32,104 nucleotides of DNA from Candidatus Kerfeldbacteria bacterium (lineage in GTDB: Bacteria; Patescibacteriota; Patescibacteriia; Veblenbacterales; UBA10138). The notes below the pieces were generated by a model. The model did not search any database, had not been told where the DNA came from, and was given only the letters and a program-made list of their open reading frames with translations. The stretch covers positions 1 through 32,104 of the forward strand of contig JACRFN010000080.1 in NCBI GenBank assembly GCA_016217875.1, given 5' to 3'. A program made the translations under genes and the position numbers. Shown one piece after another: positions 1 to 8,227 of this stretch (position 1 is its first letter; every line of letters starts with the position of its first letter).

Positions 1-760
1 GGCCGTAACGTGCCAGGGTGCGGCTTTCGCCTTGCAACCTCACCATATCCGCCACGGTGGAGATAGCCACGAGGTCCAGTAGCCACTTTTCATGCGATTC
101 GCGTTCCAGAGGCGGCAGCTGACAGCCCTCATAGCGAAGCAGGCCTTGGACAAGTTTAAAAGCCACACCACCGCCAGATAGGTATCGGAAAGGATAAGTT
201 TCGCCCTCAAGACTTGGGTGAAGAATGGCATAGGCTGGAGGCAGAGTATCCTGCGGCTGGTGGTGGTCGGTAACAATAACATCGAACCCCAGTTCATTGG
301 CATAAGCTACCTGCGCCACATTGGCCACACCGCAATCACAAGTAATGAGCACCCTCGCGCCCTTATCAGCCAAATACTTTACCGCTTCTTTATTAAGCCC
401 ATAGCCTTCCCGCTCGCGGTGAGGCAGATAAACCTCTGTTTGAGCGCCGAGTTTTTTAAGCGTAGATACTACAATAGCCGCCGCGCACACTCCATCGGCA
501 TCATAATCGCCATACACGGCCACGGGTTCCCCCGCCCCTACCGCCTCATATATACGCTCCACGGCTTTACGCATATGACGGAAAAGGTACGGATCATGTA
601 CGTCCTGGCTCCAGTCGGGATTTAAAAATTCATCTATGGCTGTCTGTGTTTTAACCTCTCGATTCCACAACAGTTGCAACAAAACAGGATCGATTTCTGG
701 GAACGACCCTAAAACCTCTGGAGAGACTGGCTCGGCAACTTGCCAACGCTTAGTTGTCAT
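1..760 (-). CDS. recJ: Single-stranded-DNA-specific exonuclease RecJ, N-terminal part (rest of gene lies beyond the left window edge)
   Basis: Absent from the ORF track because it is open at the window edge. My translation of the minus strand from ATG 760-758 gives MTTKRWQVAEPVSPEVLG...VAVYGDYDADGVCAAAIV...VLITCDCGVANV...DVIVTDHHQP...LSGGGVAFKL...LDLVAISTVADMVRL. These are the DHH-family motifs in RecJ order. The frame stays open to nt 2. ATGA overlap with the korB stop (760-762). Confidence 0.85.
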   Translation of the reverse strand, partial: MTTKRWQVAEPVSPEVLGSFPEIDPVLLQLLWNREVKTQTAIDEFLNPDWSQDVHDPYLFRHMRKAVERIYEAVGAGEPVAVYGDYDADGVCAAAIVVSTLKKLGAQTEVYLPHREREGYGLNKEAVKYLADKGARVLITCDCGVANVAQVAYANELGFDVIVTDHHQPQDTLPPAYAILHPSLEGETYPFRYLSGGGVAFKLVQGLLRYEGCQLPPLERESHEKWLLDLVAISTVADMVRLQGESRTLARYG

Positions 761-1647
761 CAGCTTAGTGCTTCCATCAACGACGTAATATCAATATCCT
801 CTAGCGATTGCTCAACCAGGGCCTGATCTTTGATTTGCGGCAGTTCGTCCTCATAAGTTGAGCGTTCCTCCTGATAAAAAAGCCCAGTCGGAATCCTATC
901 TACCCGCGCTTCGTCTATCAACTGTTGGCTGGGCCATTCCATGGCCCGGAGCATGGCCGCCTGTTTATCTTTGGAGTCGTGACCCTCTTTGTCTAATTCG
1001 TAAACGCGATCGTAAAACCAATGGAAAGTGTTGTGATGGTTAAACGTTACACATGGTTGCATCACATCCACCAAGGCAAAGCCTTTGTGTTTCATGGCGC
1101 CAACAATTAACTCAGTCAACTGCTTAACATTACCAGAAAACCCACGGGCCACGTATGTAGCGCCAGCAAGTATAGCCATGGCTATGGGGTCAGCCGGTAT
1201 TTCTACTAAACCAAAGGGCGTAGATTTGGTCACCATGCCTTTTTCCGAGGTGGGTGAGGCCTGCCCCTTGGTCAGACCGTAAATTTGATTGTCGTGCACT
1301 ATGTAGGCTAAGTCCACATTGCGGCGCATGGCGTGCAAGGCATGCCCCAAGCCTATGCTATAACCATCGCCGTCACCACCGACGGCCAGCACCTGAAGTT
1401 TGTGATTGGTGAGCTTGATGGCGGCGGCGGCCGGGATAGTGCGTCCGTGTAGGGCGTGCCAACCGTAGACATTAAGAAACGAGGCCATGTTGCCAGAACA
1501 ACCGATGCCGAAAACAGCGGCTATTTGGTGCGGCTCTAGCCCCTGCGCCACAAAGGCGTTTTTAATGGCTGTCCAAATGCCAAAATCACCGCACCCCGGG
1601 CACCAGGTGGGAAATTGTTTGGTTTCAAAATCTTTAACGGTGGACAT
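760..1647 (-). CDS. korB: 2-oxoacid:ferredoxin oxidoreductase, beta (TPP-binding) subunit
   Basis: 295 aa. The N-terminus FPTWCPGCGDFGI and the GGDGDGYSIG TPP-binding motif are typical of OFOR beta subunits. 2-oxoacid substrate not determinable from sequence. Confidence 0.9.
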   Translation of the reverse strand: MSTVKDFETKQFPTWCPGCGDFGIWTAIKNAFVAQGLEPHQIAAVFGIGCSGNMASFLNVYGWHALHGRTIPAAAAIKLTNHKLQVLAVGGDGDGYSIGLGHALHAMRRNVDLAYIVHDNQIYGLTKGQASPTSEKGMVTKSTPFGLVEIPADPIAMAILAGATYVARGFSGNVKQLTELIVGAMKHKGFALVDVMQPCVTFNHHNTFHWFYDRVYELDKEGHDSKDKQAAMLRAMEWPSQQLIDEARVDRIPTGLFYQEERSTYEDELPQIKDQALVEQSLEDIDITSLMEALS

Positions 1648-1654
1648 AATTACT

Positions 1655-2581
1655 TCATTTAAATTTTACCACGATTGGAGCATGATCGCTCTCTATAATA
1701 AAAGCTTCTTTGCTGGGCTCAATACCATCTTGATCATTAAGAGATTTATTCATAATACGCACACTAGCAACATTTTTACTTATGTTATTTGAAATTAACA
1801 TATGATCAATGAGTCGTTTAACGCCCAGTGTAAGTTTGGAGTATCGCTTTGGTGGAGGGATGCGCTCGCAAACATTCTCTAAATTTCCGCCAAACATCGC
1901 TTCATCACCTCTTATGGCTTTAACTGTCGGACTAAGTTCGGTGTCGTTATAATCTCCGGCAATTACTAATTGTATATTGGGCACAGATGTTATCAACTCA
2001 TCCACAAACGAACGAAGTGCCCGCGCCTCAGCTAACCGAGCTAACTCAGCTCGAATGTAACCATCACAGACATCAACTTGGCTCTGTGGTTCTTGTTGAT
2101 GACCAGCCGTATCAGTAAGGTAAGTTGGATTTGAACTCTTGAAATGAACACCTATAATGTAAAGCGGAAGTTTATTATATGTTGTTTTTGCTAAAATATA
2201 CGCTCTCCTCTGCGTACCCTTAGCACCATCTGTCTTTGAATCTTTGATACTTAATGGCGGCAACGACGGTACAAGACGGATAGATTCACAACTGCATGAT
2301 AAATTTCTCCCAAATAGTAGGCCATTTGCAATTCCGCGACGATCAGGTTCAGCCACGAACATATCGTACTTCCTGGGTAGCGCCGCAGTAATTTTTCCCA
2401 AGACCTCTGGTGAACCAACTTCTTGTAGTACGATAATGTCAGCTTTAAGCGATGCGATTACTTTAGTTAGGTATTTGGTGCGCTTAGCAACAAAGTCCTC
2501 ATCGTAACTAATTGTCTTGCTATAATGCTGCCACTCGCCACTACCGAACATATTCTTTAGGTTTAGTGTTGCGACGATCAT
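1655..2581 (-). CDS. Endonuclease/exonuclease/phosphatase (EEP) family protein
   Basis: 308 aa. EEP catalytic landmarks in order: ATLNLKN (N-terminal Asn), IIVLQEVG (Glu), AGDYNDT (Asp/Asn), ESDHAPIVVKF (C-terminal Asp-His). Sits between korA and korB with 3-nt and 7-nt gaps. Confidence 0.8.
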   Translation of the reverse strand: MIVATLNLKNMFGSGEWQHYSKTISYDEDFVAKRTKYLTKVIASLKADIIVLQEVGSPEVLGKITAALPRKYDMFVAEPDRRGIANGLLFGRNLSCSCESIRLVPSLPPLSIKDSKTDGAKGTQRRAYILAKTTYNKLPLYIIGVHFKSSNPTYLTDTAGHQQEPQSQVDVCDGYIRAELARLAEARALRSFVDELITSVPNIQLVIAGDYNDTELSPTVKAIRGDEAMFGGNLENVCERIPPPKRYSKLTLGVKRLIDHMLISNNISKNVASVRIMNKSLNDQDGIEPSKEAFIIESDHAPIVVKFK

Positions 2582-2584
2582 ACT

Positions 2585-4360
2585 TTAGACACTTCCAGTA
2601 TTAATTGCGGACACTATCTCTTCGGGATGTATCGGCCGGCCGTCGTACTTTAAGAGTTTGTCAGTAATATCAATCCCTGTTCGCTCACGAATAAGCCCGC
2701 CGAGCTGGCCCGAGTAGTTATTTTCAATCAAAAGGCGGTGTTTGGCCTGGCGCAGAGCAGCGTCAACTTCTTTTATCGGGAATGGCTCAAGTAACCTGAT
2801 TTGCAAAAAATTAACACTCAAACTCTTACCTGCCTCGCCGGCAGGCAGGCTCTTACTTTCTAACATCTTCATAGCTTCCAGTATCGGCCCTTTCATAGAA
2901 CCCCAACCCACTATAGTAACATCAGCCTCTTTAGGACCATACAGTTTAACCGGCTCAGGCACGTCGGCCCGGGCAAACTGCAGCTTGCGCATACGCTTGT
3001 CCATCATCAGCTTTCTCATAGCTGACTCTTCGTTGGATAACCCGCTCGGCTCATGCTCGTCGCTGTTGGCCACAAATACACCGCCCGGCGTGCCTGGAAT
3101 CACGCGAGGGCTTACGCCGGTCTTGGTATCAGCGTAACGTTCAAACCTCTCGTTGGGCTGGCGGCCCGTCACATCAGCCCACTCTCCCCTATCAATTTTT
3201 AAATTATCTGTCTTAAAAAAGGGCAGAGTCTGCCTGGCCTCGGCCAGATATTTATCTGTCAGAATAATAACCGGCAATTGGTACTTTTCTGCCAGGTTAA
3301 AGGCCTGGAAAGCCAGCTCAAAACATTCTGCCGGATCGCCTGGCGCCAAGATAACGCGCGGGAAATCACCTTGGGCCGCGTGAAGCACAAAACGCAAGTC
3401 GCCCTGCTCAGTCCAAGTGGGCAAGCCCGTAGCCGGCCCAGGTCGCTGGGCCAGCACGATAACAGCTGGCGATTCTACCATGCCTGCTAAACCAAGCGCT
3501 TCCACCATTAGTGAGAATCCGCCGCCGGAGGTGGCGGTCATAGCCCGCACGCCAGCGAAGCCAGCCGCGGCCACCATATTCATGGCCGCGATTTCATCTT
3601 CTGTTTGCTTGACTACTAAATTATATTTCCGCTCGCTGTTTGCTAAATAATTAAAAATAGACGAGGCCGGGGTCATAGGATAGGCGGCGCAGAATTTGAC
3701 TCCAGCCTTAATAGCGCCTATGGCTATGGCCTCATTGCCGTTCACCAGCAGCCGCCGGCTGTCTTGGGGATGCACTTCCAATTTATAATTAAATTTATCT
3801 TGGAATTTTTCCGCCACATAATCATACCCTGCCCTGGCTGCCGCCACGTTCAGCTTTATTATAGTCTCGCCCTTTTTCTTAAAAGCCCGAGCTATTAACT
3901 CGCTTAAATAATCAAAAGGAAATTGTACCAAAGCCAAAGAGGCTGCCACCGCCACGGTATTGCGCATCACTTTTTCTCCCCCCGCCTGCTTGGCCAGAGT
4001 CTCTAAGGGTACGGGGAAGACGCTAATGTCGCCACGCTGACAGGAGTAGGTTCTTAAATCTTTATAGTCAAGGTCAAAAATCAATCCCCCGCCAGGTATT
4101 ACTTCCGCTAAGTGCCTGTCTGCCGTCTCCAGATTCAGGGCTATTAGCAAATCAATTTGCGAGGAATGTGATTGGACATTGTCTTGGCGCACCCAAACCT
4201 GATAGGTGTTGTGCCCGCCGCGGATCAGCGAAGGGTATTCAAGATAAGCAAAACTCTCCAGGCCGCCATGAGCACAAGCATAACCAAAAATCTCCCCGGC
4301 CGAAGCTATGCCGTAGCCGGCTTCGCCGCCTATTTTCCAATTTAGATTATTGATTTTCAT
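2585..4360 (-). CDS. korA: 2-oxoacid:ferredoxin oxidoreductase, alpha subunit (gamma-alpha fusion type)
   Basis: 591 aa. N-terminal WKIGGEAGYGIASAGEIF is a gamma-domain signature. It is followed by the alpha core NGNEAIAIGAIKAGVKF.AAYPMTPAS...TSGGGFSLM. Partner of korB. Confidence 0.9.
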   Translation of the reverse strand: MKINNLNWKIGGEAGYGIASAGEIFGYACAHGGLESFAYLEYPSLIRGGHNTYQVWVRQDNVQSHSSQIDLLIALNLETADRHLAEVIPGGGLIFDLDYKDLRTYSCQRGDISVFPVPLETLAKQAGGEKVMRNTVAVAASLALVQFPFDYLSELIARAFKKKGETIIKLNVAAARAGYDYVAEKFQDKFNYKLEVHPQDSRRLLVNGNEAIAIGAIKAGVKFCAAYPMTPASSIFNYLANSERKYNLVVKQTEDEIAAMNMVAAAGFAGVRAMTATSGGGFSLMVEALGLAGMVESPAVIVLAQRPGPATGLPTWTEQGDLRFVLHAAQGDFPRVILAPGDPAECFELAFQAFNLAEKYQLPVIILTDKYLAEARQTLPFFKTDNLKIDRGEWADVTGRQPNERFERYADTKTGVSPRVIPGTPGGVFVANSDEHEPSGLSNEESAMRKLMMDKRMRKLQFARADVPEPVKLYGPKEADVTIVGWGSMKGPILEAMKMLESKSLPAGEAGKSLSVNFLQIRLLEPFPIKEVDAALRQAKHRLLIENNYSGQLGGLIRERTGIDITDKLLKYDGRPIHPEEIVSAINTGSV

Positions 4361-4602
4361 GGGGGTATCTCTTTAATTTTATTCAAGGCCTGGCCTAATT
4401 TTAAGGCAATTATTACCACCAAAACGGTAACCAACACGGCATAAGCAAACTTGGCCCAGATAGCCGACTGGGTACCAAAGATTTCTTTAAACAGCGATTG
4501 AATGGCATCGTTCCAGGCCAGGGCCGCCACCAGGCCGAAACCGGCCGTAGCCAGCTCTGATACTTTTTGTATTATTTCCCGCTTAAGAGATTGCTGGCTC
4601 AT
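4357..4602 (-). CDS. Small membrane protein (DUF5654-like), translationally coupled to korA
   Basis: ATG at 4602 (MSQQSLKRE...); the track extends to GTG 4620. Two hydrophobic segments (ATAGFGLVAALAWNDAI and FAYAVLVTVLVVIIALKL). The stop TGA 4357-4359 overlaps the korA ATG (ATGA). Family assignment is from memory of similar ~80-aa proteins and is tentative. Confidence 0.5.
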   Translation of the reverse strand: MSQQSLKREIIQKVSELATAGFGLVAALAWNDAIQSLFKEIFGTQSAIWAKFAYAVLVTVLVVIIALKLGQALNKIKEIPP

Positions 4603-4619
4603 ATAAGCATTATTATACA

Positions 4620-5357
4620 CTATTGCTCGTATTTACGCCGCTGCCCTTTAAGGCTGGATGATAACTTACGTGCTAAAGCTGATTTATGCCAGCCATATGG
4701 ATCAGCCATATATATAGAACCGAGCTTTAATAATTCCGGGGTTAAAACACCTTTGTTCAAAAATGCTTTACATAATTCCTGCCTGGTCACACAGGCCTTT
4801 AATGTTATGTGCCTGCCGGCCAGCCATTTCTTTAATTTACGCCAGTTGGAACGATTCCCCTGACCACTTATGTAAAGCAATAAAATATGCGTAATATTCA
4901 GGCCATCGCGGCGTGCTTGCCTGACCATTTGACGTTTGGTACTGCCCAACAGCAAAGTATCGTCTATCAAAACCGCGCGGGCACCGGCCCGATAAATACC
5001 TTCCACCGCTCTCTTAGTTAAAAAATGTTTACGTTCCTTGCGCACGTACACGAACGGTTTATTCAATTTATCAGCCACCAAAGCGCCCCAGGCAATACCA
5101 GCGGTCTCAGCTCCGGCCACGACATCAACTTTATACTTTTTAGCTTCGCTGGCTAAGGTAGACACAATAGCCTGCCTCAATTTTGGTAAAGCTACGGCGC
5201 CACGAAAATTGAAATAATAAGGTACCCAATAGCCCTGGCCATGCTTAAAGGGGCCCCAGGCAATCACTTGCGGGTATCGTATTATGATTTTAAGCAGTTT
5301 TGATTGTACTGAGGATGGCATCAACGTCTTGAAACTGGTGAATTTTATCCCATACAT
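4620..5357 (-). CDS. Type I phosphoribosyltransferase (orotate-PRTase-like) with C-terminal extension
   Basis: 245 aa. PRPP-binding loop VLIDDTLLLGST is preceded by VDVVAGAETAGIAWGALVA and an N-terminal hood-like GPFKHGQGYWVPYYFNFRG. ATG 5357 or 5321; either start overlaps the upstream LOG-like gene (stop at 5290). Confidence 0.7.
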   Translation of the reverse strand: MYGIKFTSFKTLMPSSVQSKLLKIIIRYPQVIAWGPFKHGQGYWVPYYFNFRGAVALPKLRQAIVSTLASEAKKYKVDVVAGAETAGIAWGALVADKLNKPFVYVRKERKHFLTKRAVEGIYRAGARAVLIDDTLLLGSTKRQMVRQARRDGLNITHILLLYISGQGNRSNWRKLKKWLAGRHITLKACVTRQELCKAFLNKGVLTPELLKLGSIYMADPYGWHKSALARKLSSSLKGQRRKYEQ

Positions 5358-5919
5358 CAGCTTGAATAGCCTCTTTACTGTGCAGTAATTCTAAAACATC
5401 CCACCAGTATTCATGCACCCACAACTGCGGCGGCAAAGCGTTTTGCTTTTGTAATGATTTAATCCAACCAATACAGGTTATCAACTCGTCTAGCGTGCCC
5501 ACTTGCCCGGGAAAAACCACCACCACCGGCATTATGGCAATAAGCATTTTACGGGTCTGATAAGAATTTACTATGGCTTTAGTGCCAAAATGAGTTAACT
5601 CATGATAGGGGCAGGCGATACCTAAGGTTATATCAGGCTCAGCTTCAGTCACGGCTAACATAGTGCCGCCGTTCTCACCCCCGTTAACTAACACGCCACC
5701 CCGCGACGAGACGCCAGCGGCTAGCTTTTGCGCTTCATAGCAAATGGGATGCGCTTGCGGCAGACTGCCGCCGCCAGAAACAGACACCACCAACCCATCG
5801 GCTTTCACTTGAGCCTCGCCTGAGGCTACGCCCTTCATCACCGCTACTAAACCCGCGGTATTCTTGACTTGGCCTTCTTGGATGACCACTCCGGGCACTG
5901 TGCCAAATAGTTCGCTCAT
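5290..5919 (-). CDS. LOG / TIGR00725-type Rossmann-fold nucleotide-binding protein (lysine-decarboxylase-like family)
   Basis: 209 aa. Contains VNGGENGGTMLAV (GGxxGxM-type) and VVFPGQVGTLDELI (PGGxGTxxE-type), the two signature motifs of the LOG superfamily. ATGA overlap with the upstream PRTase stop (5916-5919). Confidence 0.65.
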   Translation of the reverse strand: MSELFGTVPGVVIQEGQVKNTAGLVAVMKGVASGEAQVKADGLVVSVSGGGSLPQAHPICYEAQKLAAGVSSRGGVLVNGGENGGTMLAVTEAEPDITLGIACPYHELTHFGTKAIVNSYQTRKMLIAIMPVVVVFPGQVGTLDELITCIGWIKSLQKQNALPPQLWVHEYWWDVLELLHSKEAIQADVWDKIHQFQDVDAILSTIKTA

Positions 5920-6467
5920 ATAAATTTTCCCCCTTGTAATTGTTTAACTTTTTCAAACCAAGCCCATTTAGTTTCGCTTCCCGGGCCGTTCCACGAGGAG
6001 CGATTATCTATAGAGTCGACGGCTATTTTACACATCTGGGGAGACAAATAACCGTATTCATTAAGTAGCCGATACCAATCAGTCCAGGTACATAAATAAT
6101 GTACCTTAATTCCCTTGCTTTGGATAATCTTCCTACTACTATCTTGTCCTGGGATAAAAGCATCACAGACTACCACAATATCAGTAACCAGGCCGCCGCT
6201 TTGTTCAATATTGGCGATAAATTTAAGCTTATTCTTGCCTGTCACGTAAGAATCATCTATTAAAGCCACGTGTTCTCCTGGATTCAATACTCCTTCTACG
6301 GCATAACGCGGCGGGGCAGGTCTATCCTCACGCACATAACACATAGGTATCTTGGTGACCATGTATACTGCCGTGGCTAAAATTATTCCCGTAGTTTCGC
6401 CACCAACCACCTTATCTATCTTGAGTTTTTTAACTATAGCCCCCATCTCTTCAGCCAGCACCTGCAA
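5916..6467 (-). CDS. Type I phosphoribosyltransferase (PRTase), N-terminally short paralog with C-terminal extension
   Basis: 183 aa from a TTG start. Contains VVGGETTGIILATAV and the PRPP loop VALIDDSYVTGKN. It lacks the roughly 45-aa N-terminal hood present in the 4620-5357 paralog. Only 24 nt separate it from the ackA stop. Confidence 0.7.
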   Translation of the reverse strand: MQVLAEEMGAIVKKLKIDKVVGGETTGIILATAVYMVTKIPMCYVREDRPAPPRYAVEGVLNPGEHVALIDDSYVTGKNKLKFIANIEQSGGLVTDIVVVCDAFIPGQDSSRKIIQSKGIKVHYLCTWTDWYRLLNEYGYLSPQMCKIAVDSIDNRSSWNGPGSETKWAWFEKVKQLQGGKFI

Positions 6468-6491
6468 AGTGTCCGGATAACTATAAATCCG

Positions 6492-7649
6492 CTATTTAAC
6501 TGATACCTCCCGCACGATGGCGAGTTCTTCGTTGGTGGGAATGACTAGTACTGGAATGGTCTTAAGTGTCGGCAGGCCGTTCATAATTAAGTTACGCACC
6601 ACTTCGTTTCGCTCGCCAATGCCGCCGGTAAAAACAATGGCGTCCACCCGGCCCAAAATGGCTGCGTAAGCGCCAATGTATTTTTGCACGCGGTACAAAA
6701 ATACTTTTAGCGCTAAACGCGCTTGTTTTTTCTCTGCAGCGCTTACCCGGCCGATGGCCTTAAACCCTAAAACTTCGTAACCAGCCCGCACCAGCACCTC
6801 GCGCATGTCTGCCACCCCGCTCACACCTTTTAAGCCGCTCTCTTTCTGAAGTAATTCGTCAAGTTTATTTAGGCTTAATCTATTCTGTTTCAATAAATAA
6901 ATAATTACCCCTGGGTCTATATCTCCGCCCCGGGTGCCCATCACCAAACCCTCCAGTGGAGTAAACCCCATAGAGGTGTCCACCGCCCGCCCAGCCCGCA
7001 CCGCTGTCAGGCTGCAACCTGAGCCAAGATGACAAGTAATAAGGTTCAAAACCTCCAAAGGCTTTTGCAGCTTCCTTGAGGCCTGCCGAGCCACCAAGCT
7101 ATGGGAAATGCCATGAAAGCCGAAACGCCTGAGGCCGTACTTTTTAACCAGCGCTTGAGGTAGGGCATATTCGCGCGCCTGCTCGGGCAAACCGGCAAAC
7201 CAAGCAGTATCAAACACAGCCAGGTGACGTGCCCGGGGCAAAAATCTTTTAGCACTTATAGTCACCTCAAGTTGTACTGGGTTATGAAGTGGAGCCAAAG
7301 AATTATAACGGCTTAACTGTTTAATAACACTAGCCGTAAGCACGGTCGCTGAATTAAATTTAATTCCACCATGAACAACACGATGGCCGACGATTGTTAC
7401 TAAATTAAGGTCAATTTTGTGCCAAGCTAAAAGTTTAAGCACGTAGCCAAGGGCCGCACTGTGATTAGCCAAAGCAATATTTTTTACTGATGGCTTGCCT
7501 CTCAGGCGCCATTCGGCAAAACTGCCCCCAGCGCCTATCCTTTCACAAACTCCTCGTCCAATTTCCAACAAAGACTCTGGCTCAAACAAAGCCCACTTCA
7601 AGGTGGCGCTGCCGGCATTTAAGACCAAAATATAGCTGGCGTTTGGCAT
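6492..7649 (-). CDS. ackA: Acetate kinase
   Basis: ILVLNAGSATLKWALF at the N-terminus; later HRVVHGG, FDTAW, FGFHGISH and VFTGGIGE. This is the canonical acetate/propionate kinase motif set. I prefer ATG 7649 (2 nt after the pduL TGA) over the track's TTG 7655. Confidence 0.9.
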   Translation of the reverse strand: MPNASYILVLNAGSATLKWALFEPESLLEIGRGVCERIGAGGSFAEWRLRGKPSVKNIALANHSAALGYVLKLLAWHKIDLNLVTIVGHRVVHGGIKFNSATVLTASVIKQLSRYNSLAPLHNPVQLEVTISAKRFLPRARHLAVFDTAWFAGLPEQAREYALPQALVKKYGLRRFGFHGISHSLVARQASRKLQKPLEVLNLITCHLGSGCSLTAVRAGRAVDTSMGFTPLEGLVMGTRGGDIDPGVIIYLLKQNRLSLNKLDELLQKESGLKGVSGVADMREVLVRAGYEVLGFKAIGRVSAAEKKQARLALKVFLYRVQKYIGAYAAILGRVDAIVFTGGIGERNEVVRNLIMNGLPTLKTIPVLVIPTNEELAIVREVSVK

Positions 7650-7651
7650 AA

Positions 7652-8227
7652 TCAATCAACTATGGCGCCCCGCTCGCCGCTTTTTAATCCGGCCGCATTG
7701 GCTTCGTCTGTATCTATCATAAAAGACAGCTCATCAACACCCTCTCGACTGCATACAAAAACATCATGCCAAGTCACAGGCCTGGCGCCGTCTATTTTAA
7801 TACTTATCACATCACCGTGCTTTAGGCCCCAAGCCCGGGCTTGAGTGGGATTAATGTGTAAATGACGTTGAGCCACTATCACACCTTGCTCAAGCTCAAC
7901 ACTGCCAGCCTTACCTTCAAGGCGTGCACCCGGAGTACCAGCCAGAGTTCCTGATACTCGCAACGCCACAGGCAAACCAAGCAGACGGCAGTCAGTAACC
8001 GATAATTCAACTTGTGTGGCTGGCCTCAGTGGTCCTACGACGCGGCAGGCCAGCTTACCCTTGGGCCCAACAATGGTTACTTTCTCCTCAGCCGCAAACT
8101 GGCCAGGTTGTGAAATTTGACGCGCCAGATGAAGCTCTGATCCGGCGCCAAAAAGTTTAGCCAGGTGTTCTTGACTTAAGTGGACATGACGGGCCGAAAC
8201 TTCAATCGTAACCTCGCGCTTTGACAT
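7652..8227 (-). CDS. pduL: Phosphate propanoyl/acetyl-transferase, PduL type
   Basis: Two PduL repeats are present: IEVSARHVHLSQEHLAKLFG and VIVAQRHLHINPTQARAWGL. I prefer ATG 8227 (MSKREV...); the track starts at TTG 8239. It overlaps the 3' end of the PfkB gene by 26 nt in another frame. Confidence 0.85.
   Translation of the reverse strand: MSKREVTIEVSARHVHLSQEHLAKLFGAGSELHLARQISQPGQFAAEEKVTIVGPKGKLACRVVGPLRPATQVELSVTDCRLLGLPVALRVSGTLAGTPGARLEGKAGSVELEQGVIVAQRHLHINPTQARAWGLKHGDVISIKIDGARPVTWHDVFVCSREGVDELSFMIDTDEANAAGLKSGERGAIVD

Noticed and set aside
218-625. 135-aa plus-strand ORF, together with the 87-aa minus-strand ORF at 40-303, in the left 760 nt
   Set aside because: Both are out-of-frame shadows of the recJ coding frame. 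That frame gives unmistakable DHH motifs and runs off the window edge, which is why it is missing from the track.
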